Of a stretch of DNA of 64,000 bases, positions 1-14,096 are shown one piece after another. The first letter of the stretch is position 1, and every line of letters begins with the position of its first letter. This DNA comes from Phaeosaccion multiseriatum (taxonomy: Eukaryota > Protista > Ochrophyta, other classes): positions 1,736,001-1,800,000 of the forward strand of contig OZ218962.1 in assembly GCA_965112735.1 (NCBI GenBank), in the 5' to 3' direction. Both the position numbers and the translations under genes were made by a program. The notes beneath the pieces were generated by a model. That model had not been told where the DNA came from, did not search any database, and saw only the letters and a program-made list of their open reading frames with translations.

Positions 1-169
1 GGGGGGGGGGGGGGGGGGGGGAGAGAGAGAAAGACGCCTCCTCGTTATCATTTCCGTACTTCCCCCCCCCCTCCCTCCTACTCCATCCCCTACCTTGACG
101 CCGTCTTGCCCATTGAAGTTCAAGCTCAAGCTCTGACCAGGGGCGCCTCCCAGTATCATTTTACTCGCT

Positions 170-206
<37 letters not shown>

Positions 207-459
207 AAAGAGATTGTACCGGCCGCCGTCGGACCATTCATGGACATATTCTGAAACTGAAAAAACAATACTCCTCGCCACCTCTCCCCTCTCCTCTTCC
301 TCCTCTCCGGCTCATTTCTCACCAACACCACACCACCTTCCCCCAAATCACTCCATTACACGCCCAATCAAAGGACAGTGCCTATTATATTTTACAAAGC
401 GGAGAGGAGCCGAGGCGCGAGACAGGCCCACGGGGCCAAGCCCACCTCATTCGGCTCAA

Positions 460-3400
460 ATGAGTGCCACTTATAAGCAAAAGATGCTAGTGGAGCATGG
501 GCCCTTGGAGACGAGGGCACTGAACAGGGAAATGTTCCGACACGATGCCGAGCAACCGGGAGTCAAATGGAATTCTTTCCTCCAGCAGTGCAAGAAGGAG
601 GAGAAGGCTTTTCAGCGCGCAGAGAATGCCAAGAAGTCTCGCATGAAGCAAAAGTCCCCCACCGTGAGTGCATTCTTGAGGAAGCTGCAGTACGTGCTGA
701 ACAAGCGCATCAAGACGCAGGGGGGCAGCGCGCTAGGGATCATCCGGGCTCTCTTTCTTCATTGCGACGCCAATGCATCGGGGTCGCTCAGCTTGGACGA
801 GTTTACACATGGCATGGCGACTTTCGGGGTGCCCGTCACTGCGAGCGAAGTAGACGCTGTTTTCGACCACTACGCGGATCAGAAGAAGGGCCTCGACTAT
901 CGCCGGCTTATCGAGGAGACAATTAAGGTGTATCCCGACGTGCTTTCGTCAGAGACGGGTCTCACAAAGAGAATTATGGGCAGCGCAACCACCGAGAGAT
1001 CGTTTCTGGGCATCAGAAGAGACACAAAGGTATGGGAAGTGGGCTCGGTCTCTCTCCCTCTCTCCTTCCTGCAGCCACCAACTCTTCTCAATGCCCACCT
1101 GTTTGGTTGTAACTGGGGGATATACGAACACGTACTCAGGAGGAGACCCCCATGATCAAAGCCTTTGTAAAGAAGCTCAAGATGGTGCTCGCCAAACACA
1201 TGCGAGAAGTGGGAGGGACGGAGGCCTCCATCCTGTCCACGCTCTTCATTCGCTGGGACAGGAACCAATCCGGACTCACGGAACTCGAGGTACGTATGTG
1301 GTGTTGCACCGTCTCCGAGAAGGAAGGCGCAAGAGAATAATCTACCCATCTGTATGCCCTCACTCCCCCCCTTCACCTCCACCCACCCTCAGGAGCTGAA
1401 GGGCGCGCTACGGTCTCTAGGTATGGCCATCACTGGGGAACAGGCACAGGAGCTGATTCGCTTCTACTCGAGGGGGGGCGAGGACAGGAAGACGGGCGTG
1501 CATTATAGCGATATTATCAAGCACATCTCCACCGGCGAGGCCACAATCCTCAGCCACGACACGCCCGAGGAGATGGAAAGGCTGCGTACAGACCGCCCCA
1601 CAGCGAGGAGCCATTTAGACGACTACACCTTCACGGCCAGGTGGGTTCGAAGGTTCGCTTCCCCACAAGCCTCACAGCTGCTTGATGTATATACACTTGC
1701 GTTGCGAGCACTCCAAACGCTCTAGACTGTAGACTCTGGCCGGTCAGTCAGTCAGACAGACAGTCAGTCAGTCAGTCAGACAGTCAGTCAGTCACAGTCA
1801 TTCATTCATTCAGTCAGTCAGTCAGCCAGTCTGTGAGTCAGTCAGTCAGTCATTCGTTCATTCAGTCCGTCAGTCAGTCTGTCGGTCAGTCATTCACGCC
1901 CCAACTCTGCCATCATCCCATCCTCTGTCTGGTGCAGGCCCAAAAGGAAGAACAAGTGCAAGGTGGTGGAAGCGTTCAAGATGAGGTGAGTGTGTGTGTG
2001 CAGTGAGTGGCGTGGATACAGTCCGGCGCTAGCACACTACAGAGCCATTCTAGGGAGAGGAGCTACCTCTCACTCTACCCTCCTCTCACACGAACCCCCT
2101 GCAGACTGAGAAACAAGGTAGAGACGAGGATCAAGCACCAAGGTAAGGAATCCGGGCGCGCCTTCCTCGCGGTGTGGGGAGAGTATGTCCTTCCATGCAC
2201 GGCGGTACAAGCCTCTTGCTCTAACCATCTAACCACCTCTCCCTCCTCCTGCCCCCCACCCACCTCCCCATCCAATAGGCGGATTACACCACGCCATTAT
2301 CCGAGAGGCGTTTCTGCACTGGGACGCCGACCTCAGCGGCAAGCTCGACCCGCAGGAGCTCGTGGGTGCCGTGAATCGAATGGGCCTGCCGCTCAGCCTC
2401 GAGGAAGCGGAGTGCGTCGTGGAGCACTATGACCTAGACGGGTCAGGAGAGATGGACTACAAGATACTCGTGACGGAGATACAGGGCCTCTCCCATGGGA
2501 TTCTATCATACATTGAGGAGGCGGACGTGCTCAAGAACCTAAGCCACACCATCAGAGAGCCCGGCATCATCTCGGAGCTTAAGGCCGACCTCCAGCACAG
2601 CTTAGAGGCCCTCGAGGCACGAGGGGGCCCCCCTCCACGGCAGGCTTTCTTGGAGGCGTGTATGAGGGTGGACAAATACGGCACTGGCTACTTGAAGGGG
2701 TCACAGTACGGTGAGTGACAGGGAGCGGAGAAAGAGAGACTGGTGCGATAGGCAGGCAGGCAGGCTCGGAGGACGGAGGTGGAGGGAGGTGGGTGGTAAG
2801 CAAATGTATCGTCATCAACATCGTTTCATTTCATATCCTGACACTGAGAGGGCATCGACCGCTTCCGTCCGTCCGTCCTTCCTTCCTTCCTTCCTTCCTT
2901 CCATGTTCTTATATCTGTTGCCGCTGCTCTGCGTGCAGATGCCGTGTGGAAGGAGTTGGGCGTAAAGATAAACTCTGCGGAGACGGACAAACTCACCAGC
3001 TGGTACGTACGTACCTACGACCAGTACGAGACACAAACCCGAGCAAAGGGTTGTGAGATCGGTGCGCCCTGCTGCAAGAAGAAAGCACATTGCTCAACAA
3101 CGCTTCTCCCTCCCCGTCTCCTCCCTGCGCCTGCCCGTGCCCCCTGTCCCCCGTCCCTGTTCTTGTACTCGTCTTACCCACCCCATACCCGTACAGGTAC
3201 GCGGAGGCGAGCTCACGCAAGAGCTCTTACCGCCGCATGGCGAATGACATGTGGAGAGGAAGCGCCGGTGACGAGCAGTACACACCCACCTCTTCGCAGC
3301 GCCTCCCGCACGTCAACGCCAGACAGGCCGGCGTGTGGAGGAACCACCGTGGGCCCGATCCGAAGCTCACGTACAAGCCCTCGTCCGCGGCTGTCAAGCG

Positions 3401-3683
3401 CGGGTTGCTCAGCCAGGGCCAGAAAAACCGCACCCCTGCTAGTGCTGCTGCTGCTGATGCGCCGCCCGCGGTGGCCCTGGCCGCAGACGTGCAGGCCCAG
3501 CAACCGTCACTCAAGGGGGACGCAGGAAGGACAACGTCACGGCAGCGGCAGGAACATCGGCGAGAACAGCAAGACCAAGCCCCGCCGTCCCTGAGCAGGG
3601 AGAAGGCACGCATTGAGAGACGCCTCCAGGAGCTGGAACAAGAGCGACAAGGCCTCATGGCACAAAGGAGAGCGGCGGGCTGA
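460..3683 (+). CDS. Multi-EF-hand calcium-binding protein (multi-exon)
   Basis: EF-loop motifs across spliced exons: DANASGSLSLDEF, WDRNQSGLTELEEL, WDADLSGKLDPQEL, YDLDGSGEMDYKIL, VDKYGTGYLKGSQY. ATG at 460, GT-AG introns, coiled-coil C-terminus ending at 3683. Confidence 0.75.
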
Positions 3684-3746
3684 CTGGCTGACCTGGCTGA
3701 TAACCGGGCTGGGCCTTTCTAGTACATTGACCACGCAATCAATCTC

Positions 3747-5864
3747 TCACTTTTCGTCTGCACTGCTGCTGCTGCTCCTGCTGCTGCTGCCGTACGCCAT
3801 CATGAAAGCCAGCGCAGTGCCGTTGCTCCACCCGAAGCCCACTTGCGGCGTGTACTCCCCCCCAGCCCCTCTCTGTCCCACCACCGTGGCGTCGTACTTC
3901 TCGTGCATAGCACCCCCTTGCAGCCACGCCGTATGTCCCGACTGCAGCCAGCGCAGCGCCAGTTGCCGGGCCAGCGCTCTACCCTCCTGGCACTCGGTCG
4001 CCTCCAGCCCCTCCACAATCATGCTCTGCAGTGGTGGCCAGGCGTTGGGGTGGTCCCACTGCTGTCCACCGCCCTCCCACAGTGACGTCAGCACGCCTCC
4101 TGCCTGCACGAGGCCCGACCCCTCCAGCGCAGCCACCACGGGCCCAGCCGCGCCGCCCCTGCCCGGGCATCGCAGCCCTGCCCACAGCGGGAGGAAGCAC
4201 GCCGCGGTGACATGCCCGCTCTGCTGCGGCGTGAGAACAACAGCGTGCTCCTCCTCCCCTCCATTCTGTCCTCTCTCCTCCTGTTGTGTACCGTCTTGCA
4301 TGACAAGATCCCTCCACAATGCCGCCTCGGAGTCCCACATGAGCGCGTCCATCGCGTCTGCGCGTGCCTGGGCCTTGCTTCTCCACAGCAGCGTGGCTGC
4401 TGCCGCTGCAGGATGCTGGGAGCAGTCGATTTCGCCCCAAATCTCGCCCACTTTGCCGCTGTTACTACTGCTACTACTACTACTACTACTACCGCTGCTG
4501 CTGCTGCTGCTGCTGCTGTCATTGTTGCTTTGCGCTTCTCCCACGTGCCCGCCCAAAGCTGCGTGCAGTCGGGCAATGTTTAGCTCAGTTCGGAGCAGAA
4601 AGGTGTTTAGGCAAACAGGAATGATGGCGTTGGTCTGGAGGCGGTTCAGAATGCTCGGCGGAGAAAGACGCCCCCCCTGCTGCGTGGGCCCTTCATCCCG
4701 GAGACCCATCCACCTGGAGCTAAAGTCCCAGCCCGACTCGGCCGCGGCCACGAGGTGGGGCAGCACGTGCTTGGCACTCCCCGTGTCTTCTCTCCACGAC
4801 TCGGGCCGGGGCTCGTCCGCGTCGCTCCAGTAGCGATTGAGTCTTCGCCCCTCGGCAAAAGTCACACATCTCGTCCCGTCCTGCGCCATCCAAAAGGCGT
4901 GCTCCTTCTCCAGCAGCGGCAGAGCCTTGCGCAGGAAGGGTTCATCAGCAGTGTGCTGGAACACGAGCACCACCATGTCGCTCAGCAGAGGCGGCTGGCT
5001 CCGTCGCAGGAAGTACACCCGCCCCCCGTTGGGCACGAAGCCGTAGCGGGCCACATCGTCCAGCAGATTGCCCACCACCATCGTCGCCGTGTGGGCCATG
5101 CCAGAGGCCAGCAGGCCCTTGAGGGTCCAGAAGGTGTCCCAGTAGTAGCTCTCTGCGGTGTGTGTATGTGCGCGGGTGTGGGTTGCTCCAGACTGGGATT
5201 GGACCGGGCTGGACTCTCGACTCTCCCCTCATTGGGGGTATGGAACGTACCTCGGAAGCGCCCACCGGGCACAACGACAGGGTGGCTGCGCGGCAGGAGA
5301 GAGTGGCGCTGGGGGTGCTCGTCAACGTCCTTGTTGGCGGCGCGGATGAGCTGCGGCCACATGGCGTGAAGGGAGTCGGCCCAGGCCCTGCGCAAGGAGG
5401 AGGAAGGGGGATGGGTTAGAGAGGAGCGGTGACAGCAGCAGCAGCAGCAGCAGTAGCAGCGGTACTTCCCCCCGGCTTGCCTGTACCGCGGTGAGATGAG
5501 CTGCGCCACAGACCCTGGGAGAGAAGGAGGAAAGTCCGGCGGACTGAGCTCCACCACGTCCGAGCCGGCGGGCTCGAAGTACCTTTCCATGAAGCGCGTC
5601 AACTGCGCGATGGATTGCTAGGGAGTCAAGCGAAGCATAATGCGCTCCTTAATGATATTACTGGGCGCTCACCTCGTCCTTGTCACTTCGCTGGCTGTCG
5701 TCGAGGAGAGCAAAGGCAGCGAGGACGTCCTCTGGGTCGGCCTTCATGGGCATGTCCACGAAGGTCTTGCAATCCTCGTACACTCGCGCAGCCTGCACGG
5801 CCTCCAGCAGAGGACCTCTGCAGTACACGCTCGCCGCTCGGCTCAGCGGGTCAGGGGTCGACAT
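3747..5864 (-). CDS. Alpha,alpha-trehalase, glycoside hydrolase family 37 (no evident signal peptide)
   Basis: Motifs D.KTFVD, VVPGGRFRE.YYWD, PNGGRVYFLRRSQPP, PRPES, AESGWDFSSRW, QWDHPNAWPP, MHEKYD, GGEY.PQ.GFGWSNG. Three short introns in the 5' part; poly-Ser insert at ~4460-4520. Confidence 0.93.
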
Positions 5865-5983
5865 CGCCCTACTCCAGCAATACAATTTATTGACTTAAAT
5901 GGAAGGGCGCGGCTGTGCGCGGCCGCCGTCGGAGACACAAAAAAAAATGTGTCGGGTCCACAAACGCTTATGGTCTGTGTGAA

Positions 5984-8280
5984 ATGGGGGCCGTGAAGAG
6001 GGACGCAGGCCTACAGGAGCAGCAGAAGCAGGAACATGGGGGGGGCGTTGCTGCGAAAGGAGGGAGGGCGAAGCGAAAGCGACCAGCGGCGCCGCCGCCG
6101 GCGCCACCCCATTCGGAAGACGAAGAGGATAGCAGTGGTGATGGGGAGGGCGAGAGCACCGACAACGAGATTTCGTTCGGCCGACACTTGGCCAGCAGCG
6201 ACAAGGAGGTGAGGGACGAGGCCGTGGCGGCGCTGTCGATGTGGCTGGCTACGCGAAGTAGGGGTGGAGCGCTGAGCGACTTGGATCTGCTGAAGATCTG
6301 GAGAGGGCTGTGGTTTTGCTTTTGGATGTGCGACAAGGCCCCGGTACAGGCCGAGCTGGTGGAAACTCTCACGGGGCTGCTGCAGTGTTTCGATACTCCC
6401 GACCAGAGCTTGCGCTTCCTGCGCGCCTTTTGCCACACCACGCGCAGCCAATGGGAGAAGATTGACTACCTGCGGGTGGACAAGTTTTACTCCTTGATTC
6501 GAGGGTTCGTCAAGGCGTGCATCTCTTTGGCGAAAGCACCCTCGAACCAGCCCCAGCAGACGGCAGCAGGGTCGAAGGCGGCCAAGAAGAAGAAGGCGAC
6601 GAAGAAGGGCAAGAAGCAGCAGCAGGAGGCGTGGGACCTAGAGCCGCTGCGGCAGGTCATGGAGCTTCTCGAGGACGAGGTGATCCAGGTGCCTCCCAAC
6701 GGCTTGAGGCTGCACGTGGCGGACGTGTTTGTGGAGGAGCTGGTCAAGGCGGGAGGCAGCGACGTGAGCGATGCCGTGCTGCAGGTGGCCCTCGCGCCCT
6801 GGCTGCGTGTACTGCAGATTGAGTCCAACAGCGCCTTCCATACACGCGTGGCCACCCGAGTCTTGGGGTCCTTGGCGGACGTGCTGGGTGAGGAGGAAGG
6901 TCTGGGAAGCGTGAGTGCACGACTGGTGCAGGCCTCGCTCTTCGCCGCGGCATCCTCCGAAGACACGAGGGAAAAGTGGAGGACGAGTATTTACGACCTG
7001 CACAGACTGTTTGCCAAACTCACTGGCGAGAAGATTGTCAAACTCAGTGCGGAGGAAGCGGAGGCGGCGGAGAAGGTGTTGGACGAGGCTAGGGCCAGGA
7101 TGGAGTGCGTGCAGCTGGCTAAGGAGGAAAGGGAGGGGGGTGGGGACGGCAGAAGGAACAAGAAGAAGGCGCGAATTGAGACCGAGCCGGTGCAGGGGTG
7201 GGTGGCTGCGGCCATTGAGAACGGGGACATTAAGGAAAGCGATCAAAGGAGAGAGGAGAAGACGAAAAAGAGGAAGGGGAAGAAGAAGGGGGAGAAGGAG
7301 GAGAGGGAGGAGGAGGAAGAGGAGGAGGAGGAGGAGGAGGAGGGGGGCGGGGAGGGGCAGCAGGACATGGAAGACGACGACGAGGAGAATGGGTCGCTTG
7401 TGCGCACGACTACCTCCTCTTCGGCCAGCAAGGGAAAGACAACCAAGGGCAAGCTCGGCACGCCGGCCAAGGTCAACAAGGCTACACCAAAGCCCCCCAC
7501 GCCCACCCCTACCCCCACCAAGACGCCGCGGCCACTCAGCAGTTCCCAATCACCCAAGGCCACTCCCACCAAGAGGCCTGCGAGTAAGAGCGCTGACGGC
7601 AAGGGCGCCGCTGCAGCTGCGCCCAAGAGGACGCCCAAGGCAATGACTCCCGTGGCCAAGTCCGCGAGTGCGAGCGAGAACACCGCTCCCAAGGACGACG
7701 CAGGCTCTCCGGCCACCAAGAAGGTCCTCAGCCCCTTCATCAAGAAGAAGACCTTTGCTGGGGCGCGGGCAGGGTACGTGTTTAAGAAGGGCAATAAGGG
7801 CGTGGGCTACTACCTCGACACAGCGGCGCCCAAGAAGGGCAAAGCGCTCAAGGCCAAGAAGAAGAAGGGCCACGGGGCGGGGGGGAAAGCCTCCTCCCCT
7901 GGTAGCGCGCTGCTGGAGACGCCCAAGAACAAGGGCACCAAGGAGAAGAGGGGGCAGACGACGGGAGCGACCAAGAAGAAGAGGGTCACTTTCGGAGCGA
8001 ACGAACACAAAGGTAGGTGGGCTGGCTGTGGTTTGCTTGTGTGTGTTGAGTGCTTTGATGCCTCCCTCGCCCCCCGCCCAGTTTCACCCTCCTTGTCTTG
8101 CTCGCCGCCCCCCCCGTCCCGCCCGTCCACACAGATTTCCACAACTCGATTCAGGACTTGCGGAATCACACCCCGACCAAGGGAAATAGCCCCACCAAGG
8201 GCCTGCTCCGCAACAAGGGCGACAAGCTCATCATCAAAAGCGAGCGGAAGCCGAGGAAGAGGGCGGCAGACTACTTTTGA
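5984..8280 (+). CDS. RRP1: rRNA processing protein RRP1/Nop52 (RRP1B-like)
   Basis: Nop52 N-domain: FGRHLASSDKEVRDEAV, LLKIWRGLWFCFWMCDK, WEKIDYLRVDKFYSL. K/E-rich tail with KRVTF and C-terminal RKRAADYF after one intron (~8013-8133). Confidence 0.88.
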
Positions 8281-9106
8281 GAAGCATGAGGGAGGGGCAA
8301 AGCGCATTCCCCATCTCGGTGTGGAAAGAGCATGAGAGTCTGTGCGAAACAGTGCCCTTCCTGAAAGTTGCCCTTCCTGAGACGCGTGTTCCCACCGACG
8401 TCCTCCTGCCCTCCTCGTGAAAGGAGCTTTAGCTAAGCAAGCAATTAATGGCAACTCTGAGTAACATGTCCGTTTTCACCGATGGTCTGCAGAGCGGGAG
8501 TGAAGGGACGGAGGCGAGACGAGCACCGAGACAGACACTCCAAACCCCCCCTCCCAGGTTCCTCCGTCATCACCCCCCTCCAATCTCCCATCTATCTGCT
8601 ATTGTGCTAGGTCGGTTTGTGCATCTTCTGTGGCGTGTCAAGTGCCTTCCCGTCTGGACGTCTATCTGACTCTACCCCTTGCTCCTGCATCTAGCCCTGG
8701 CTCTGGTATCGCTGCTCTCCAGGCCCCTTGCTCTGGCTCTCGATCCGGCTTCCCACTCGTCCGCCTCTGTCGGTGTGGGAGATGGGATGGGGAGAGGTGA
8801 GAGGAGGCTTTTCGAGGGTTGATGTGTTCATTTATTTTTGTTCCCCCCAAGGTTGCCAGGCCTCTCCACTGAAATTTTCAGATTTTGAGACCTCTTGACT
8901 TTCCCAAGCCCTTCATCACCTCAAGATGGAGGAGAGAACACCATAAACCATCCTCTACACCAAAGAGAAGACGCTGATATAGTATACGTGGGACCAACGA
9001 CTGCTGCTGCTTCTGCTGCTGCTGTTGAGAGTCCTTTTGTGGATGGAGCACATGACCTGAGCGTCAAGCCCAAACAGCGAGAGCGAGGAAGAGAGAGGTG
9101 GAGAGG

Positions 9107-10566
9107 ATGGCTTCTCGCCACCCCCCGTCTGATGGGGCTGGATCAGAGAACAAGTTCCAGGTGATAGGCCGTGTCTTGGGTGGGGAGAGAGAGGCTCTCC
9201 GGTTTGAGGAGCTTCATGAGACTCCAAAGGGCCCCGGCAAAACTGAGGGCGCTAGAACAGAGGAGCAGGGCTCATCTTCCCTCTCTCATCCGCTCTGTCT
9301 CTCTCCCTCAATTCCCTCTCGTCAGGTATCGTTGCACAAGATGGTGACCACGAAGGATAGCGGGTCCGATATCGTGGTGTGGGAGAGAGGTGAGAAAGCC
9401 TTGAGTAAAGGCTCCATTCAAAGCAGCCGCTGTGTTCTCTCCTATACGTACCTCTCTCCGCCTCTCCCTCATTTTTCAACATCTCCTCTTCTTACCTTCT
9501 GCCTTTTTTCACCCTCTCCCTCGCCCTCTCCCCCTCTCTCGCTCTCTCTGTGACTCTTATCTCATTTTCTCTCCCCCCCCCCATCTTCCCTATCCCTCTT
9601 CTCTCCGCCTCCCTCCCTCTTCTCCCTGCCCTCTCTCTCCACTCTCTCTTCACCCTCTCCCTCTTCTCACTCTATCCCTCTTTCCACCCCCTCTCCCTCT
9701 TTTTCTCTCTGTCTTCTCTTCTCTTCTCTCCAGGCTCGATCAGGATCACAGACCCCCATGCTCTGCAGCTCAAAGTGCTTCCAAAGTACTTCCGAACAGC
9801 GAGATACGAGTCCTTCCTTCGGCAGCTCCACATGTATAATTTCCGGAAAGTAGAAGGGAAGGGGCGATGGAAGCCCGCTGTGTACGGTGAGTTATCTTCA
9901 GGCCTGTTTCATCCATCAAAGGGGCGGGGCGAAACAAAGCGACCGCAAGGCTCTTACTTACACTCCCACTCCTCCCCAACCTTCTGCTACTGCTGTGCAG
10001 CCCACGACTTGCTGAAAGGCAAGACGGATCCCAAATGGCTGCTTGAACTGCGGCCGAGGAGTAGGGTGGCGAAGGGCGCAGCAGCAGCCAGCGGGAAGAA
10101 GAAGCACAAAGCTATGGTGCGGAGGCTGGCGAGAATAGAAAAGACTACGACGTTAAAGACTAGGCAAGACTCCAAACTGGATGGCACAGCGCACAACTCT
10201 GGCTCAGGCCAGGGACTGGAGTGGGGCAACGAGGGCAAGGATGAGCAGCAGCTGTACCAGCGCAGGTCGAAGCGGCAGCGGCGGCACCAGCATCAGCATC
10301 AGGACGAAGACGAGGAGGAAGAAGAGGAAGAGGACGACGAGGAAGAGGACGACGAGGAAGAGGACGACGAGGAGGACGAGGAAGACGACGACGAGCAAAA
10401 GCCTCATGTGCACCCTGTGTCACCGTCTCTTTCCCGGGAGTCGGACGAGGAGGAGGACGCCGCCGCCATACTCGCCAACCTCCAGTTCTGCAACGTGAGC
10501 GCCCTCCAAAGCGTCGAGAGGACCCACGCTATGCCCGTCGCGCCGTTGATGCGCCACCATTTTTGA
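9107..10566 (+). CDS. HSF-type DNA-binding domain transcription factor
   Basis: Spliced HSF DBD: KFQ|VSLHKMV..SDIVVW|GSIRITD..VLPKYFRTARYESFLRQLHMYNFRK, followed by basic and acidic tracts. Start codon uncertain. Confidence 0.78.
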
Positions 10567-10895
10567 GCCGCTGGGGAGACGCTGCTGCTCTACTGCAGCT
10601 GCTGCTACTGCGGCTGCTGCTGCTGTGTACCCATCTATCGAAGGGTGCGCTTATACGTACGTGTTGTACAAAGTGCTGCGCATGATACGAACGAAAAGGA
10701 GGGCCCCTCCCTCCCTCGGCCCGTGCATTCTCGTGTCGCTGTGAAAAACATAAAAGAGAGAACGACAAGAAGGATCTCACGAGGCTTGTTTCATAAGAGA
10801 AATTTCCTTTTCGAAAAAGGGTAGGAGAGTCTAAATTAATAGAAAGAATGTACATGTTATGGGGAGAGGGTGAAAGTACCGTCCGTTGTGTGACT

Positions 10896-12758
10896 CTACG
10901 TCATGCGCAGTTGATAGTCTCCGTTTTGGGTGATGTATCGCACCCACGGCAACGCCTACGCCATTGATTGATTGCGTTGCACATGGACAAGGGGAGGGCA
11001 GGGTCGGGGCAAGGAGTAAGTGCACCAGCCGCTTTGTGAGTAAGTACACCACAGCCGCTCTGCTCACGTGCAGGCAGGAGCAAGTACCACTCATCGCTCG
11101 CTGCTCCTCTGAAAACAGACAGATGGAAGACAGATCGAAGCTGGTATCAAGCCATAGTAATAGTAGTCTTCTATTTCCCTCCTCACCCCTCCTCACCTGG
11201 TAGCCGCTCTTCTCGATGATCTTGAGATACCTCACTTGGATGCCGCTCACCGTAAAGTAGGGGATCTCGAACTTGACCTGAAGAGGAGGGCGATGGGGGG
11301 CAGTTTCAGTCTCAGTTTACTAGACCTCATCCAAGCACCATGTCAGCCAAAAGATTGCCAATCAAGAGGTCGATCGCTGGCGGGAGAGGGACGTGGGAGA
11401 CCGCCTGCTACTGCTACTGCTACTGCTACTCCTACTGCTACTGCTACTGCTACTCCTACCACCACAGAGCGCAAGGGCGCATGTCAGCACCCTCCCCTCC
11501 CTCTTGACGCACCTGGATGGGTGCTCGCCAATCCTCCTTCTCTTCTGCGCTGATGCTCGGCAGGCCGAAGTGTGCCCTCATGAGGTATTCCCTGCTCCCG
11601 TTGAATTGCTTGATGCTCCACACAATGGCATTCTGCACCGCATAAGCGCAACAAGAGACGGGCAAGGAAGGAGGGAGGGATCGGGTCAAAGTGGTGTCAG
11701 TGTCAATCAAGCATACTCTCTGTGTCAAGCGTCAGTGCCAAGTTCCACCCCCCCCCCCCCCCCCTTCCCCTTACGGCGAAGTATCCACCCTTGCACCTTC
11801 CTTTGCAGCACCCCACTCACCACGGCACTCCCCATTACCACACCAACAACCAACACACCAACAACCAACAACCAACACACCAACATACCAACAACCAACA
11901 CACCAACAACCAACACACCAACATACCAACAACCAACAACCAACACACCAACACACCAACAACCAACACACCAACACACCAACACACCTGGTCCGGGAGA
12001 TACGTGACGTTACCGATGCTGCTCTTGAAGGAGGGGGAGTCCACGTCACTGGGCACGGGGATGATGATCTCCACGTTGTTGGCGATGGAGCGGCTCTTGA
12101 ACTGAGACTTGGCCTTGATCATGTACTCGATTCGGCTGTGGCTGTGCGGCTCCACAACTGCCTCCACCCATATTAGCGGCTGTCGGAAAGGGAGGGGGGG
12201 GGGAGGGGAGATAGAGAGAGGGTGGAAAGAGGGACAGAGAGAGTGAGACGGTGATTGGAGCAGAGACAAGGGGGGGGGAGGGAGATAGAGAGAGAGGGGG
12301 GGCGGGCAGAGGGAGGGTGGAAAGGGAGGGAGGGCGAGAGAGAGAGAGGGCAGGGGGCACGCGCACTCAGTGGAGCCGAACGGATATTCCAGACGACCCT
12401 GCAGCTGCTGCTCCTCCTGCCGCTAAGTACCTCCCTACCCTGCCCTACCTTGACATGTGTATTGAGTCGGTAGGTCATGAGGTCGAACTCGCCGTCTGGC
12501 GGGATGAAGCTGATGGTGCGGTCGTTCTCGAAGCGCGCCAGCCTCACGCACTGATGGAACTTGATGTCCTCCAGCTCCACCGCCTTTCCCTTGCCCGAGC
12601 TGCGGCCGCTCGCCTCAAAGAGCAGCTTATCGTTGAGGCCTAGCTTCAGCTCTGGCATGCCTGTGGAGGGAGGAGGTGGGAAGAGAAAAGCGGGGACAAT
12701 GGAAGTTGGGTTAGTAGACAGCAGCCCGCTTTGGTTTGGCAGCAGTACCAGTAGTAGG

Positions 12759-12790
<32 letters not shown>

Positions 12791-13803
12791 AGAGGCAATT
12801 TCCTCTTCTCCCCCTCACACACCACACCACCGAGGACAAACAGACACACACACTGAGAGACAGACTCACTCACCGCTGAGGAAAGACTTCATCTTGACAG
12901 CGCCCACAATCTCGCTGTGCAACACCGTCCCGCTGCTGGACACGAGGAGGTTAAGCTTCTCCACCACATCGAGGAAGATTTCGTTTTTCCGGTGCTTGAT
13001 GCCCTCGCTACGCCACGAGACTGTGTTGGTGAGAGCTACCGGTGGCCGCGCTGTCACCTCCATTCGATTCCCCTCCTGCGTGATGTACTCGCGCAGGATT
13101 TTGCTATCCATGACCTGTGTTGTTGTCGTCGTTCCGCCCGAGAGCAAGACGGTGAATAGGCAAGCCGTCAGCAGGCAGTAAGCAGTTGAGCAGAGGGCAG
13201 TCAGTGGAAATAAGAAGGACGTGCAGTGTGAGTGCAAGAGCGACAAGCTTACCTGCGGGTACCCGAAGTCGATGGTCTCATCCAGCAGCTCGTAAATGAT
13301 GACGAAGTTGTCTCGAATGGACTCCTCCTCCAGCTCGCCAAAGTAGTCCTTAAACACTTCCACTATCTTGTAGAGATAGATGAGCATCAGGGCTGCGTTG
13401 CTGTTGCGCTTCGTCGCACTCATCAAGAGCAAGTTGTTGTACTTGATGTATACAAAGGTGTAGCCCTGCGAGGACAAGGCAAGAGGGAAGGAACAAGAGC
13501 GGAAAGAGGCAGGGTTGTGCTCACCAATGAGCACCCAAACCGTAGAGAGATACACGGAATCTGATCCTACTATTGCTGCTGTAGCTAGAGCTACTAGTCC
13601 CTCTGCCACGCCGCTGTCGGCATGTCGCTGCCACGGCACCAACGCACCCCATCTGTAAAGACCGGCCGCAGTTCCAGCTCCTCCTTCTCCTGGATGTACT
13701 GCGCGAAGCGCTCCGACACAGCCATTGGCACGTCGCCCCTGAAGTTCCTACTGATGATAATCTTGCCAGAGAGGTTCATCAAGCATATTAGACTGGCAAC
13801 CAT
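10896..13803 (-). CDS. AP1M1: AP-1 adaptor complex mu subunit
   Basis: IIISRNFRGD, EEESIRDNFVIIYELLDETIDFGYPQ, VSWRSEGIKHRKNEIFLDVVE, MPELKLGLND, DIKFHQCVRL..FIPPDGEFDLMTYRL, SGIQVRYLKIIEKSGYQ|ALPWVRYITQNGDYQLRMT*. Confidence 0.96.
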
Positions 13804-14096
13804 AGCTCTCCCCCTCTCTGTTCCTCTGTCTCGTCTTCCTCTCCCTCTCCTTCTCTCTCTCCCCGCTCCCCTCTCTCACTCGGTTCCTCTATGCGCGTTT
13901 GTCTTGTGTCTCTTTGTGTGTCTCTTCGTTCTTCTCCTCTCCTCTCTTCTTCCTTTCTCTTCCTTTTTGATGCTCTTGCTCTGTCAATCCCTTTTTTCCT
14001 TTTTACATTTCAGGGCCAAACTAGATGTATCCACGGGATTGGCGCACCTCAAAATCCATCCCTGTAGAGGGAGTCTCAGCGCGACAAGTGTGGTGC

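Noticed and set aside
3613-4833. 406-aa plus-strand ORF, and similar antisense ORFs over RRP1, DDX54 and PEX3
   Set aside because: Shadow ORFs of GC-rich coding sequence on the opposite strand, with no recognisable motifs.
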